NCBI GenBank assembly: GCA_944392265.1
Contig: CALXWC010000005.1
Coordinates: 737 to 64,736, forward strand
Length of the DNA: 64,000 bases
From: an uncultured Alphaproteobacteria bacterium
GTDB lineage: Bacteria > Pseudomonadota > Alphaproteobacteria > RF32 > CAG-239
Direction: 5' to 3'
Position numbers and translations under genes: made by a program. The notes below the pieces were generated by a model. That model did not search any database, was not told where the DNA came from, and saw nothing but the letters and a program-made list of their open reading frames with translations. Positions 1 to 10,126 of this stretch are shown here, one piece after another (the first letter of the stretch is position 1; every line of letters begins with the position of its first letter).

Positions 1-1856
1 TCCATGGCAGATTTGGCAGATTTTACAATCTTAGCATCGCGTTCTTTGCAAATACGATAGTTGGTAACTTGTTTTGCCTGAGCTTCATCAGCAACGATAA
101 TAAAGTCATCACCGGCGGCAGGAGTTCCTTGCAAGCCCAAGACCTCAACCGGAGTAGCAGGTTTTGCTTCAAACACTTTTTTACCGTTTTCATTAAACAT
201 GGCACGAACGTGTCCCCATTCTTTACCGGCAATGATAATATCACCAACCTTAAGAGTTCCTTTTTGAACCAAAACGGTAGCAACGGAACCACGTCCTTTT
301 TCCATTTTTGCTTCTACAACGGCACCTTCTGCAGCACGATTCGGATTAGCTTTCAAATCCAAAATTTCGGCTTGCAACAAGATGGCTTCAACCAATTTAT
401 CAATATTGATGCGTTTTTTAGCAGAAACTTCGGCACACAAGCAATCACCACCCATTTCTTCAACGGCAATACCATGTTGCAACAAAGCGGTTTTAACCTT
501 CATTGGGTCAGCGCCTGGCAAGTCAATTTTGTTAATAGCAACAACGATTGGCACTTCGGCTGCTTGAGCGTGACGAATAGCTTCCACTGTTTGCGGCATA
601 ATACCGTCATTAGCAGCAACGACCAAAACCACGATATCGGTTACCTTAGCACCACGAGCACGCATTTCAGAGAAAGCTTCGTGTCCCGGTGTATCAATAA
701 AGGTAATTTTATCTCCAGTTTTAACGGTAATTTGGTAAGCACCGATATGTTGTGTAATACCACCGGCTTCCTTAGCGGCAACGTTGGTTTCGCGCAAAGC
801 ATCCAATAAAGATGTTTTACCGTGGTCAACGTGTCCCATAACGGTCACAACAGGAGGTCTTGGCAACAAATCTTCAGGCTTATCTTCAGCGCCGCCTAAT
901 CCGGCTTCAACATCGCTATCAGCAACGCGTTTAACTTTATGACCAAATTCTTCAACCACAATTTGAGCCGTATCAGCATCAATCGGTTGGTTAATGGTAG
1001 CCATAACACCCAATGCCATCAATTTCTTAATAACTTCGGCACCTTTTTCTGCCATACGGTTAGCCAACTCTTGAACCGTAATAACTTCAGGGATAACAAC
1101 TTCACGAATAATTTTTTCTTGAGGTTGTTGCGGGGCTTGCTGTTGTGGTTTGGGTTGTTTTTTCTTAAAACGACGACGAGGAGCTCCGAAACCATAATCA
1201 TCATCTTCATCATCGGCCATATAATTATTTACGTTAAACTTAGCACCGCCGCGTTTTTGAGGCTCAAAACTGCGTTTTGTAACCTTGCGTCTGTCTTCCT
1301 CAAAACTATCATTTCTGGAAGAAGAAACCTTTTTATGACGAGAAGAAAAATCTTCTTCATCATCATCTTCTTCATCATAGTCACGATTCTTTTTTTGCTT
1401 ATAATTTTCAGCCTCAGCTTTAGCTTCAGCCTCTTTTGCTTTTTTATTATTTTCTTCTTGAAGAGCGGCATTTTTTCTTTCAAGCTCGGCTTTTTGCTCT
1501 TTAGCTTGTTCTTCAGCTTGTTTTTGCATCAAGATTTTCTTTTCAGCTTCTTCTTTAGCTTTTTGTTCTTCAAGCTGTTTTTGACGAAGAGCTTCTTTTT
1601 CCTGCTCTTCTTTTCTTTTTTTGGCATCATGCTCTTTTGCTTCGGCAATCAAGCGCAATTTTGCAGCTGTTGCTTCATCAATTTCAACTTTAGGCTCACT
1701 ATGAACAACATTTGGGGTGACCACGCGTTTTTTACGCACTTCGACCTGCACCACTTTTTTTCCGTCAGCTGCAGACTTTGCTTTATCACCCAATTTCAAA
1801 GTAAGTGTTGATTTTGCTGATAATGTTAATTTTCCTTTTGCATTATCTTCTGTCAT
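1..1856 (-). CDS. infB: Translation initiation factor IF-2, 5' part (gene runs off the window start)
   Basis: Reverse-strand translation starts [12 protein letters not shown] at the ATG complementary to 1854-1856. It has a long Lys/Glu/Ala-rich low-complexity N-terminal region, then G-domain motifs [16 protein letters not shown] and NKID, which I checked by hand-translating the reverse complement around 400-850. The + strand ORFs 69..809 and 939..1811 are antisense shadows. Confidence 0.93.
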   Translation of the reverse strand, partial: MTEDNAKGKLTLSAKSTLTLKLGDKAKSAADGKKVVQVEVRKKRVVTPNVVHSEPKVEIDEATAAKLRLIAEAKEHDAKKRKEEQEKEALRQKQLEEQKAKEEAEKKILMQKQAEEQAKEQKAELERKNAALQEENNKKAKEAEAKAEAENYKQKKNRDYDEEDDDEEDFSSRHKKVSSSRNDSFEEDRRKVTKRSFEPQKRGGAKFNVNNYMADDEDDDYGFGAPRRRFKKKQPKPQQQAPQQPQEKIIREVVIPEVITVQELANRMAEKGAEVIKKLMALGVMATINQPIDADTAQIVVEEFGHKVKRVADSDVEAGLGGAEDKPEDLLPRPPVVTVMGHVDHGKTSLLDALRETNVAAKEAGGITQHIGAYQITVKTGDKITFIDTPGHEAFSEMRARGAKVTDIVVLVVAANDGIMPQTVEAIRHAQAAEVPIVVAINKIDLPGADPMKVKTALLQHGIAVEEMGGDCLCAEVSAKKRINIDKLVEAILLQAEILDLKANPNRAAEGAVVEAKMEKGRGSVATVLVQKGTLKVGDIIIAGKEWGHVRAMFNENGKKVFEAKPATPVEVLGLQGTPAAGDDFIIVADEAQAKQVTNYRICKERDAKIVKSAKSAM

Positions 1857-1884
1857 TACAAATCCTTTACAATCTATCAAACAT

Positions 1885-2454
1885 TTAAGAATTTAAGAAA
1901 TCTTCCAATCTGGAAAACTCGTTATGAACTGCCTTAGCCATATCTCCATATAACAAAGCAATATGAACCGTATTAACCTTATCTAATTCCTGATCTAACT
2001 CCTCAATCTTAAACGTATGAAAAACTTTCAAATCTTGAGCCAAATGCATAATCTTGTCATGACCATCGGCTCCGGCGTCCAGCGCTTCTACAATAAAAGC
2101 AGCCTTTTTCTTTTTTATAGCATCACAAACTTTTTCAAATCCGGTAACAAGACAACCGGCTTTTCGAGCCAAGGAGAGTGAGTTAAGACAACGTTTTTTC
2201 AACAGTCTCTCCACAATCTCCATAAGCTCGGGCTGAATTTTTACATTCTTTTTGAAAGCCTTAGAAAACAAGTTTTTAGCAATTGCCACAGAAAGAGCTT
2301 GTTTGGAGTTTTGCACCCAAATACCCTTTCCCGGCAATTTTTTCTTAAAGTCCGGAACAACCAAATTATCCGGTGTTACGGTAAAGCGCAAAAGATTTTC
2401 TTTTGGCAACACCTTACCGCACACGATGCATTTTCTTGTTTCTTCAGCTTTCAT
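1885..2454 (-). CDS. YlxR (DUF448)-L7Ae fused RNA-binding protein between nusA and infB
   Basis: 189 aa. N-terminal CxxC-containing YlxR-like segment ([16 protein letters not shown]), C-terminal L7Ae-like segment ([29 protein letters not shown]). Position between nusA and infB is as in other alphaproteobacteria. Confidence 0.75.
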   Translation of the reverse strand: MKAEETRKCIVCGKVLPKENLLRFTVTPDNLVVPDFKKKLPGKGIWVQNSKQALSVAIAKNLFSKAFKKNVKIQPELMEIVERLLKKRCLNSLSLARKAGCLVTGFEKVCDAIKKKKAAFIVEALDAGADGHDKIMHLAQDLKVFHTFKIEELDQELDKVNTVHIALLYGDMAKAVHNEFSRLEDFLNS

Positions 2455-2459
2455 CAGAA

Positions 2460-4001
2460 TTAATTTTCACCTTCTTCAGATTTTTCTTCTTCATCAAACC
2501 AGTGTTGACGAGCAGCCATAATGATTTTGTTGGCTTCATTAACAGAGATGGTATTTTCACCCAAAATCTCAATCAATTCATCAGCGGCCAAATCAGCCAA
2601 ATCATCAATGGTTTTAACACCTTTGTCAGCCATGGTCAAAATCATATCTCTGTCTAAACCTTCAATATTTTGAATGGCTTCATCAATACCCAAAGTTTTG
2701 CTCTTTTCTTCAAACTCTTGGTTTCTTTTTTCAACAAAAGCTTTTGCTCTGGCTTGAATTTCTTTGGCAATATCTTCATCAAAGCCTTCAATTTCAGCCA
2801 ATTCACTAACATCAACCATTGCCAATTCATCAACAGTAGAGAAACCTTCGGCAATGAGCAAATGAGCAATCATTTCATCAACGACCAAAGCTTCCATAAA
2901 GCGTTGAGAACGAACTTTGTTTTCATTAGAACGACGTTCTTGTTCTTGTTCTTCTGTCAAAACATCAATATCGCTACCAACCAATTGAGAAGCTAATTTA
3001 ACATTTTGACCGCGACGTCCGATAGCAACAGAGAATTGTTCTTGAGGAACAACAACTTCAATACGATTGTTTTCTTCATCCAAAACAACCTTGCTAACCT
3101 CTGCCGGAGCAAGAGCGGCAACAATGTATTGAGCCTTATCTTCAGAGTAAGGAACAATATCAATTTTTTCACCTTGCAATTCAGATACAACAGCTTGAAC
3201 ACGAATACCGCGCAAACCAACGCAAGCGCCAACGGCATCAACTGTTACGTCATCTGTCTTAACGGCGATTTTTGCTTTAGAACCCGGGTCACGAGAAACA
3301 GCAACGATTTTAACAATACCGTCATAAATTTCCGGAACTTCAGACATAAACAATTTTGCCAAAAATTCAGGACATGTACGAGACAAGAAAATTTGCGGAC
3401 CTTTGTTTTCTTTACGAACTTCTAATACATAAGCGCGAACACGGTCACCGTTTTTGAATTTTTCTCTCGGAATGATTTCATCACGACGCAAAATTGCTTC
3501 AGCTTTACCAATATCCAAAATAACATTGCCAAACTCAATACGTTTAACCGTACCGTTAACAATAGTGCCAACTTTTTCTTTATATTCTTCGTATTGTTTA
3601 TTGCGTTCAGCATCACGAACTTTTTGAACAATAACTTGTTTAGCTGTTTGAGCGGCAATACGACCAAAATCAATCGGCGGCAAGCTATCAACAATAAATT
3701 CACCAACTTTGATGTTTTTATCATAAGCTTTAGCTCTGGCCAATGAAATTTGAGTAACTTCATTTTCAATTTGGTCTTCAGATTCTACAACTTCACGATA
3801 GCGTGCCAAGGAAATAGCACCTGTTTTGCGATCAATATGAGCTCTGATATCATGTTCAAAACCATATTTTGAACGACCTGCTTTTTGAATGGCAACTTCC
3901 ATAGCTTCCAATACATCATCGCGATTAATATTTTTTTCGCGAGCAACAGTATCAGCAACTAAGATAATTTCAGGTCTTGGCATACTTTCAATATTTTGCA
4001 T
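2460..4001 (-). CDS. nusA: Transcription termination/antitermination factor NusA
   Basis: 513 aa. S1 and KH-like regions (GTIVNGTVKRIEFGNVILDIG, VVPQEQFSVAIGRRGQNVKLA) and an acidic C-terminal repeat region. Synteny rimP-nusA-infB. Confidence 0.93.
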   Translation of the reverse strand: MQNIESMPRPEIILVADTVAREKNINRDDVLEAMEVAIQKAGRSKYGFEHDIRAHIDRKTGAISLARYREVVESEDQIENEVTQISLARAKAYDKNIKVGEFIVDSLPPIDFGRIAAQTAKQVIVQKVRDAERNKQYEEYKEKVGTIVNGTVKRIEFGNVILDIGKAEAILRRDEIIPREKFKNGDRVRAYVLEVRKENKGPQIFLSRTCPEFLAKLFMSEVPEIYDGIVKIVAVSRDPGSKAKIAVKTDDVTVDAVGACVGLRGIRVQAVVSELQGEKIDIVPYSEDKAQYIVAALAPAEVSKVVLDEENNRIEVVVPQEQFSVAIGRRGQNVKLASQLVGSDIDVLTEEQEQERRSNENKVRSQRFMEALVVDEMIAHLLIAEGFSTVDELAMVDVSELAEIEGFDEDIAKEIQARAKAFVEKRNQEFEEKSKTLGIDEAIQNIEGLDRDMILTMADKGVKTIDDLADLAADELIEILGENTISVNEANKIIMAARQHWFDEEEKSEEGEN

Positions 4002-4036
4002 TTCTCATCCTTTGCTAAAAACATTTTATAAAAAAA

Positions 4037-4558
4037 TTATTCTTCATCAAGCTCAACGGCCTCATCATTTTGATGAGCGGCCATATAAGCAGCCAACAAT
4101 TCATCGGTCAAAACAATTTTTGCTTTGCTGACAGCGTCAAACGGAATAACAAAATCAACGCCGTCCATAGTGATTGTGATATTATTTTCATCATCAATCT
4201 TTTGAGTCACACCCTTAAAGCGCTTACGTCCCTCAACAGCCTCTGAGGTTTCAATTTTTGTTTCATAGCCCAAAAATCTTTTAAAGTGTTCCGGCTTGGT
4301 TAAAGGCCTGTCTAACCCGGGGGAACTGACTTCCAAAGAATATTGGTCTTTAATTGGATCTTCTTCATCCAAAACTTCAGAGATTTTGCGGCTAACAAAA
4401 GCACAATCATCCACATTAAGTTCTGTGCCATCTTTACGGTCAATCATAATCTGTAATGTTGGATTCTTTTGTCCGATTGTCAATAAGCGAACCATCTCAA
4501 AGCCTGCGTTTTCAACGATAGGCTCAATTAAATCATGTAAAGGGTGTTTCACTTGCAT
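4037..4558 (-). CDS. rimP: Ribosome maturation factor RimP
   Basis: Immediately upstream of nusA on the same strand. I prefer the start at M16 (MQVKHPLHDLIEPIVE..., ATG complementary to 4556-4558), preceded by aggaaaaaa. The track ORF extends to 4603. Confidence 0.8.
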   Translation of the reverse strand: MQVKHPLHDLIEPIVENAGFEMVRLLTIGQKNPTLQIMIDRKDGTELNVDDCAFVSRKISEVLDEEDPIKDQYSLEVSSPGLDRPLTKPEHFKRFLGYETKIETSEAVEGRKRFKGVTQKIDDENNITITMDGVDFVIPFDAVSKAKIVLTDELLAAYMAAHQNDEAVELDEE

Positions 4559-4565
4559 GCTTTTT

Positions 4566-4600
4566 TCCTTACTAAAGAAGCGGGGTTTTTGACCCCGCCT
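4566..4600 (-). terminator. Hairpin (gcgggg-loop-ccccgc) followed by a weak T-run, downstream of mrp and just before the rimP ribosome-binding site
   Basis: Minus-strand reading ggcggggtcaaaaaccccgcttcttt. Could be the mrp terminator or an attenuator/processing structure ahead of the rimP-nusA-infB operon. Confidence 0.4.
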
Positions 4601-4665
4601 CATCTAATATTATCAATTCTGTAAAGAGCTATATCATAAAAGTTTTTAAAAATCCAGTATTTTTT

Positions 4666-5679
4666 TTATTTAATCCTAAACGATAAGCCCAATTTTTCTT
4701 TTATTTTTTGAGCAATATCAACATATGCTTGCGCATACGGACTCTCCGGCTTGCTGACAACAATCGGCGTTCCGTTATCCGCATTTTCTCTAATACTCAA
4801 ATGCAAAGGAATTTCGCCCAAAAATGTTTCACCCATTTTTTCAGCAGTTTTCTTTGCACCTTCATGTCCGAAAATATCTGCACGATGCCCGCATTTTTCA
4901 CAAATATAATAGCTCATATTTTCTACAATTCCCAAAATCGGCACATCCACTTTCTTGAACATATTAACGCCTTTTATTGCATCAATCAGCGCAATATCTT
5001 GCGGTGTGGAAACAATCACCATGCCATCCAAGTTTATTTTTTGAGACAAGGTAATTTGAATATCTCCTGTTCCCGGAGGCATATCAATCACCATCACATC
5101 CACATTTTTCCAATTGGTCTGGGTCAACAATTGTTCAATGGCACCACAAGCCTTTGAGCCGCGCCAAATTAAAGGTTGGTTTTTATCAATCAATGTTCCG
5201 ATAGACATAGATTGAACACCATAGGTCTCAAAAGGTTCAAAACTTTGCCCGTCTGTTGTAGACAACCTCTCCCCTTCATAGCCCAACATTGTCGGCAAAG
5301 AAGGACCATAGATATCGGCATCAAACATAGCCACGTTCAGCCCCAATGTTTGCAAAGCCAGAGCCAAGTTAACGGCTGTGGTTGATTTTCCGACACCGCC
5401 TTTGCCTGAGGCCACACCAATAATCTTCTTCACATTTTTAATCTGATACATATCTGTTTTTGGGCGCAAACCCTGAATTTTTTTATCTGCCGTATAGATA
5501 ATTGAAACCTTTTCCACCCCGTCAATTGCCAGCAAAGATTTTTCAATCATTGCATTTAATTCCGGATTTTCAGCCAAATTTTTTATGGTCAAAATCACTC
5601 TTTTGCCAAACTGATTTAAGGATTCAATACAAGATTCATCCAAAAACTGTCTAACAATTTCGCCAACTTTATTTTCCAT
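4666..5679 (-). CDS. apbC: Fe-S cluster carrier ATPase Mrp/ApbC (NBP35 family)
   Basis: 337 aa. Deviant Walker A ASGKGGVGKSTTAVNLA and a CxxC pair (CEKCGH). Confidence 0.9.
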   Translation of the reverse strand: MENKVGEIVRQFLDESCIESLNQFGKRVILTIKNLAENPELNAMIEKSLLAIDGVEKVSIIYTADKKIQGLRPKTDMYQIKNVKKIIGVASGKGGVGKSTTAVNLALALQTLGLNVAMFDADIYGPSLPTMLGYEGERLSTTDGQSFEPFETYGVQSMSIGTLIDKNQPLIWRGSKACGAIEQLLTQTNWKNVDVMVIDMPPGTGDIQITLSQKINLDGMVIVSTPQDIALIDAIKGVNMFKKVDVPILGIVENMSYYICEKCGHRADIFGHEGAKKTAEKMGETFLGEIPLHLSIRENADNGTPIVVSKPESPYAQAYVDIAQKIKEKLGLSFRIK

Positions 5680-5781
5680 TTTGTTGTTTTCCTGTTAATA
5701 AAACTCTCTTTTCTTGAATGTATCAAACACTTATTTATATTATATATATCTTTAAGTCAAACAAATACAGAGGTAAATTCT

Positions 5782-6879
5782 ATGGCAAAGATTGAAGGCC
5801 CTTGGGGCAACAATGAACCAGACAACCCATGGCAAACCGTCCCTGTTGAGGATAAAAAGCCCAAGGTTGTCAAAATACAAACCGCTAAACCTGATGACGT
5901 GCAACGTCCAAACCTTGATATAAAATGGATTGTTATCTTACTGGCTTTAATTTGGTTATCATCCGGATTTTACCAAGTTCAACCAAATGAGCAAGGTGTG
6001 GTCTTGCGTTTTGGTGCATATTCTGAAACAACGGATGCCGGCTTGCACTATCATCTTCCTTACCCCATAGAAAAGGTTGTAAAAGTTAACTTCTCTCAAG
6101 AAAGAAGTATTAACTTAGGCGTGCAAGAAGCTTATGCCGCTCGCAATGTCAGAGGCATCAGAAACAATATGAACTATGCCAATGACCCACTCAAATCTTT
6201 CACTGAAAGCCATATGCTAACCGGAGATGAAAACATCGTTGACATCAACCTCACCATTGTTTGGAAAATCGGCAATGTTAAAGATTATTTGTTTAACATG
6301 AAAGACCCTGACCAAACCGTTCGTGTTGCAGCACAATCTGTTTTAAGAGAAATGGTTGGTCAATCTCAAATGCAGTCCATCATCACCGGAGACCGCGGCA
6401 AAATTGAAGATGACACAAAAGCAGAGCTTCAATCCGTATTAAACGAATTTGGTTCAGGCATAACCATTGTTCGTGTAAAATTACAAAAAGCAGACCCTCC
6501 AAAACAAGTTGTTGATGCTTTTAATGAAGTTCAACGTGCCAAAGCTGATATGGAACGCTATAAAAACGAAGCCGAAGCTTACCGCAATGAAATTGTGCCA
6601 AAAGCAAAAGGTGAAGCATCAAAACGCGTACAAGAAGCCGAAGCTTATCGTGAAGCCGTTGTCAGCAAGGCTCAAGGTGAGGCTGAAAGATTTTTGTCAG
6701 TTTACAATGCTTATAAAGAAGGAAAAGATATCACCATCAAACGCTTGTATCTTGAAACCATGGAAAATGTTATGAAAAATTCCAACAAGGTTATTTTGAA
6801 TCAAGAAGCTCAAAAGAGTAATGTCTTGCCTTATCTTCCTTTAGATAAACTTATGTCAGCAAAAAAAGTTCAGGAGTAA
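5782..6879 (+). CDS. hflK: Protease modulator HflK (SPFH/band-7)
   Basis: 365 aa. One transmembrane segment after a Pro/Asn-rich N-terminus, SPFH core, C-terminal coiled-coil (EAEAYRNEIVPKAKGEASKRVQEAEAYR). Followed by hflC with a 4-bp gap. Confidence 0.9.
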   Translation: MAKIEGPWGNNEPDNPWQTVPVEDKKPKVVKIQTAKPDDVQRPNLDIKWIVILLALIWLSSGFYQVQPNEQGVVLRFGAYSETTDAGLHYHLPYPIEKVVKVNFSQERSINLGVQEAYAARNVRGIRNNMNYANDPLKSFTESHMLTGDENIVDINLTIVWKIGNVKDYLFNMKDPDQTVRVAAQSVLREMVGQSQMQSIITGDRGKIEDDTKAELQSVLNEFGSGITIVRVKLQKADPPKQVVDAFNEVQRAKADMERYKNEAEAYRNEIVPKAKGEASKRVQEAEAYREAVVSKAQGEAERFLSVYNAYKEGKDITIKRLYLETMENVMKNSNKVILNQEAQKSNVLPYLPLDKLMSAKKVQE

Positions 6880-6883
6880 AAAA

Positions 6884-7759
6884 ATGTCAGATAAATTAAA
6901 GTTATTTACAATTATTCTTGTTGCTGCTGTTCTCTTTGTGTTGACCAATGCATTGTTTGTTGTCTCTCAAACCGAGCAAGCAATTGTTTTGCAATTCGGT
7001 CAACCAATGAGAGTCATCCAAGACGCCGGCTTAAAAATCAAAGTTCCGTTCATTCAAAATGTTGTTTTTTATGACAAAAGACTTCTCAACCTTGACCCTC
7101 CTGCTTTAGAAGTTGTTTTGAATGACAAGAAAAGATTGGATGTAGATAGCTTCACGCGTTATCAAATTATTGATCCGCTCAAATTCTACAAAACCGTCAG
7201 AACAGAAGAACAAGCCAGAAGCAAATTAGAAGAGATTGTTAATTCTTCTTTGCGCAAAGTTTTAGGTAAAATCACTTTACAAGACTTGCTCTCTCAACAA
7301 AGAACAAAAATCATGAAAGATATCAGTTCTGCCGTTAAAGTAGATGCTGAACAAATCGGCGTAAAAGTGGCAGATGTACGCATCCGCCGTGCAGATTTGC
7401 CGATTGAAGTTTTGCAAGCTATCAATGCGCGCATGAAATCTGAGCGTGAAAGAGAAGCCAAAGAGTTCCGCGGGGAAGGACAACAACTTTCTCAACAAAT
7501 CAAATCTCAGGCCGATAAAGAAAGCACGATTATTATCGCCGAGGCTGAAAAGAAAGCTCAAATCATCCGTGGTAACGGAGATAAAGAAGCCATTGAAATT
7601 TGGAATAATGCTGCCGGTATTGACCCAGAGTTTTATGCTTATTACCGTTCATTGGAAGCTTACAAAAACTCTATGGCAAACGGAGACACATCTTTGGTAT
7701 TATCTCCCACTTCTGAATTTTTTGAATTCTTTAGTAAAACTCCACATTCAGGAAAATAG
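6884..7759 (+). CDS. hflC: Protease modulator HflC (SPFH/band-7)
   Basis: 291 aa. N-terminal transmembrane segment plus SPFH domain. Immediately downstream of hflK. Confidence 0.9.
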   Translation: MSDKLKLFTIILVAAVLFVLTNALFVVSQTEQAIVLQFGQPMRVIQDAGLKIKVPFIQNVVFYDKRLLNLDPPALEVVLNDKKRLDVDSFTRYQIIDPLKFYKTVRTEEQARSKLEEIVNSSLRKVLGKITLQDLLSQQRTKIMKDISSAVKVDAEQIGVKVADVRIRRADLPIEVLQAINARMKSEREREAKEFRGEGQQLSQQIKSQADKESTIIIAEAEKKAQIIRGNGDKEAIEIWNNAAGIDPEFYAYYRSLEAYKNSMANGDTSLVLSPTSEFFEFFSKTPHSGK

Positions 7760-7764
7760 ATATT

Positions 7765-9222
7765 ATGAGATTACTCTCTTATATATTTATCGGAATTTTA
7801 AGTCTGGGTCTTAGCACAGCTAAGGCTCAGACTGTTTTTCCGTCTTTTGCAGATTTAGCAGAAAAATTGATGCCTTCAGTTGTAAATATTTCAACCACAC
7901 GTCATGAAAGCATTTCTGAAAATGAAACCAACGAAATAGATAACAATCTACAAACATCTGATAATATTTTTAACTATTCGGATGAAAACAAAATTTCTTT
8001 AGGTTCCGGATTTATTATTGATGAAAAAGGTTACATCATCACCAACAATCACGTTATAGACAAAGCAGACAGCATCACCGTTACTTTATCTGACAACACT
8101 TCTTATGATGCCAAGATTATTGGAACAGATAACAAAACAGACATCGCCTTAATCAAAATAGATACAAAACAAAAACTCACACCCGTTGTTTTTGGCAACT
8201 CAGACAAAATTCGTGTCGGAGATTGGATTTTAGCCATCGGCAACCCCTTTGGTTTGGGCGGAAGCGTAACGGCTGGTATTGTTTCTGCCAAATCCAGAGA
8301 TATTGAATCCGGCCCATATGATAACTTTATCCAAACAGATGCCTCAATCAATCAAGGATCTTCAGGCGGCCCAATGTTTAACATGAACGGAGAACTCATT
8401 GGTGTTAACACGGCTCTTTTCTCAACAAACGGCGCCAGTATGGGTGTGGGCTTTGCCATTCCGATTAATTTAATTAATTTTGTAATAGAACAATTAAAAA
8501 CCAACGGTGAAGTCAAACGCGGTTGGATTGGTATCAAAATGCAGGCCACCACACCTGAGATGCTACACAGTTTGGGCTTAAAAAATCAAAACGGCATTAT
8601 AATCAGCGAAGTTATTGCTGAAAGCACCGCCGCCAAATCCGGATTATTAGCCGGAGATATTATCCTTAAATTTAACAATATGGATATTGATAACTCCAAA
8701 AACTTTTCAAGAATTGTGGCTGAAACAAAAATCGGCAGCAATATAAGCTTGCAAATTTGGAGAAACCAAAAAACGTTAAACTTTAACGTCAAAGTTACCG
8801 AAATGCCCGAGCAAACAAAAGAACAACCTCAGTCCGCACCTCAGATAAAAACTGACATTTCTGCAGAAGATAAAGCGCCTGAAGTTGAGCTTGGATTTTT
8901 ATTTGAAGAGATTGGACTTCGCTTGGCAGAAATTTCTCCCTCAACGGCAGAAACGTACCATTTCTCACCATCAGAAAAAGGATTGGTTATTCTAAACATT
9001 GAAGAAGACAGTGACGCCATGAAAAAAGGCTTAAAACAAGGCACGCTTGTTCTTTCTGTTGACAAGAAGCCTATTGTTGACTTCAATGATGTTAATAATG
9101 CAATTGCAGAAGCAAAATTAGATAACGCCCGTCCGTTACTGTTACAAATAAAAGATGGACAACAGATTTTTTATGTTGCTGTAAAATTAAATAAGGAGAG
9201 CACAAATAATGACGCAAATTGA
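7765..9222 (+). CDS. degP: Periplasmic serine endoprotease DegP/HtrA (Do family) with PDZ domains
   Basis: 485 aa. Signal peptide. Intact catalytic triad context: TNNHVIDKAD (His), TDIALIKID (Asp), GSSGGPMF (Ser). C-terminal PDZ-like regions. Confidence 0.9.
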   Translation: MRLLSYIFIGILSLGLSTAKAQTVFPSFADLAEKLMPSVVNISTTRHESISENETNEIDNNLQTSDNIFNYSDENKISLGSGFIIDEKGYIITNNHVIDKADSITVTLSDNTSYDAKIIGTDNKTDIALIKIDTKQKLTPVVFGNSDKIRVGDWILAIGNPFGLGGSVTAGIVSAKSRDIESGPYDNFIQTDASINQGSSGGPMFNMNGELIGVNTALFSTNGASMGVGFAIPINLINFVIEQLKTNGEVKRGWIGIKMQATTPEMLHSLGLKNQNGIIISEVIAESTAAKSGLLAGDIILKFNNMDIDNSKNFSRIVAETKIGSNISLQIWRNQKTLNFNVKVTEMPEQTKEQPQSAPQIKTDISAEDKAPEVELGFLFEEIGLRLAEISPSTAETYHFSPSEKGLVILNIEEDSDAMKKGLKQGTLVLSVDKKPIVDFNDVNNAIAEAKLDNARPLLLQIKDGQQIFYVAVKLNKESTNNDAN

Positions 9223-9664
9223 TTTTTATCATCTGCAACAAAAGACATTGGAAGATGTTCTCCCTATTTTATTGGAAAAAGCCTACAAGCTTAAACAAAA
9301 CATCTTAATCAAAGTTGGTACGGAAGAACGTGTAGAATTTTTGAATGCACATTTATGGAGTTTTGAAGAGTCATCATTCTTACCGCATGGAAGCAAAAAA
9401 GACGGCTTTGCCAACCAACAACCCATATGGTTAACTTCAGGAGACGATAATCCTAATCAAGCCAAATATTTATTTTTGGTAGACGGCGCAAAAATCTCTT
9501 TAGAAAACCTCTCGGCTTTTGAGCGTGTATTCAACATCTTTGACGACAATAACCAACAAGCGGTTCAAGAAGCACGCCAGTTCTGGAAAGACTTAAAATC
9601 AGCATCCTTAAGCGTTAATTATTGGAAACAAGATGAAAACGGGAAATGGATAAAAGCAGGATAA
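9209..9664 (+). CDS. holC: DNA polymerase III chi subunit
   Basis: 151 aa. MTQIDFYHLQ... N-terminus and size typical of the chi subunit. Overlaps the degP 3' end by 14 nt. Confidence 0.75.
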   Translation: MTQIDFYHLQQKTLEDVLPILLEKAYKLKQNILIKVGTEERVEFLNAHLWSFEESSFLPHGSKKDGFANQQPIWLTSGDDNPNQAKYLFLVDGAKISLENLSAFERVFNIFDDNNQQAVQEARQFWKDLKSASLSVNYWKQDENGKWIKAG

Positions 9665-9665
9665 A

Positions 9666-9699
9666 AAGGCAAATTAAACATTTGCCTTTTTTGTTTTTT
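9666..9699 (+). terminator. Rho-independent terminator after holC
   Basis: aggcaaat-taaaca-tttgcct followed by tttttgtttttt. Confidence 0.65.
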
Positions 9700-9979
9700 G
9701 AATATCTTCAAGCATTTTACAGATTTTTTCATAATCCGACATTTTTTGAGCATTCTGATACTCTTTTTGAAGCATAAGCATCGCTCGCAAAAAAGCATTT
9801 TTACCGTTAACGCCAGCCTTATCCTTGCAAAACTCATATAACCACTCAGCATCAAAATCTGTTTTGGGATTAAAACTTTCCTGCAACATATTTTTTATAA
9901 TACCAATGCTACGCGGAATTTTCACCTGAGGATTAATGCAAAAATGCTCTTCAATTTTCTTTTTTGTAAATTTTTCCAT
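9674..9979 (-). CDS. Hypothetical small protein (101 aa), no recognisable domain
   Basis: Clean ORF on the minus strand with its own downstream hairpin. Its 3' end overlaps the holC terminator hairpin. No motif recognised. Confidence 0.45.
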   Translation of the reverse strand: MEKFTKKKIEEHFCINPQVKIPRSIGIIKNMLQESFNPKTDFDAEWLYEFCKDKAGVNGKNAFLRAMLMLQKEYQNAQKMSDYEKICKMLEDIQKTKKANV

Positions 9980-10071
9980 AATTATTAAGCATTAAAAATT
10001 ATATAATTAAGCCAAAATTAAATAATGAAAAACCAAAAGTAAAGATAAAAAATAATTTCTAAGCAAAGCAC

Positions 10072-10107
10072 AAAAAAAGCGCATCTAAGAATATTAGATG
10101 CGTTTTT
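10072..10107. terminator. Bidirectional rho-independent terminator (A-run, cgcatcta-loop-tagatgcg, T-run)
   Basis: Perfect 8-bp stem flanked by aaaaaaa and ttttt. Sits 20 nt downstream of the minus-strand ADP-dependent kinase gene. Confidence 0.6.
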
Positions 10108-10126
10108 ATAAAGATTAAGACCTAAC

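Noticed and set aside
939-1811. 290-aa ORF on the + strand (and 69..809 +) with very low-complexity Phe/Ile/Leu-rich translation
   Set aside because: It lies entirely antisense to infB, whose reverse-strand reading gives a bona fide IF-2 with G-domain motifs. The + frame is a shadow ORF created by the Lys/Glu/Ala-rich repeat region.
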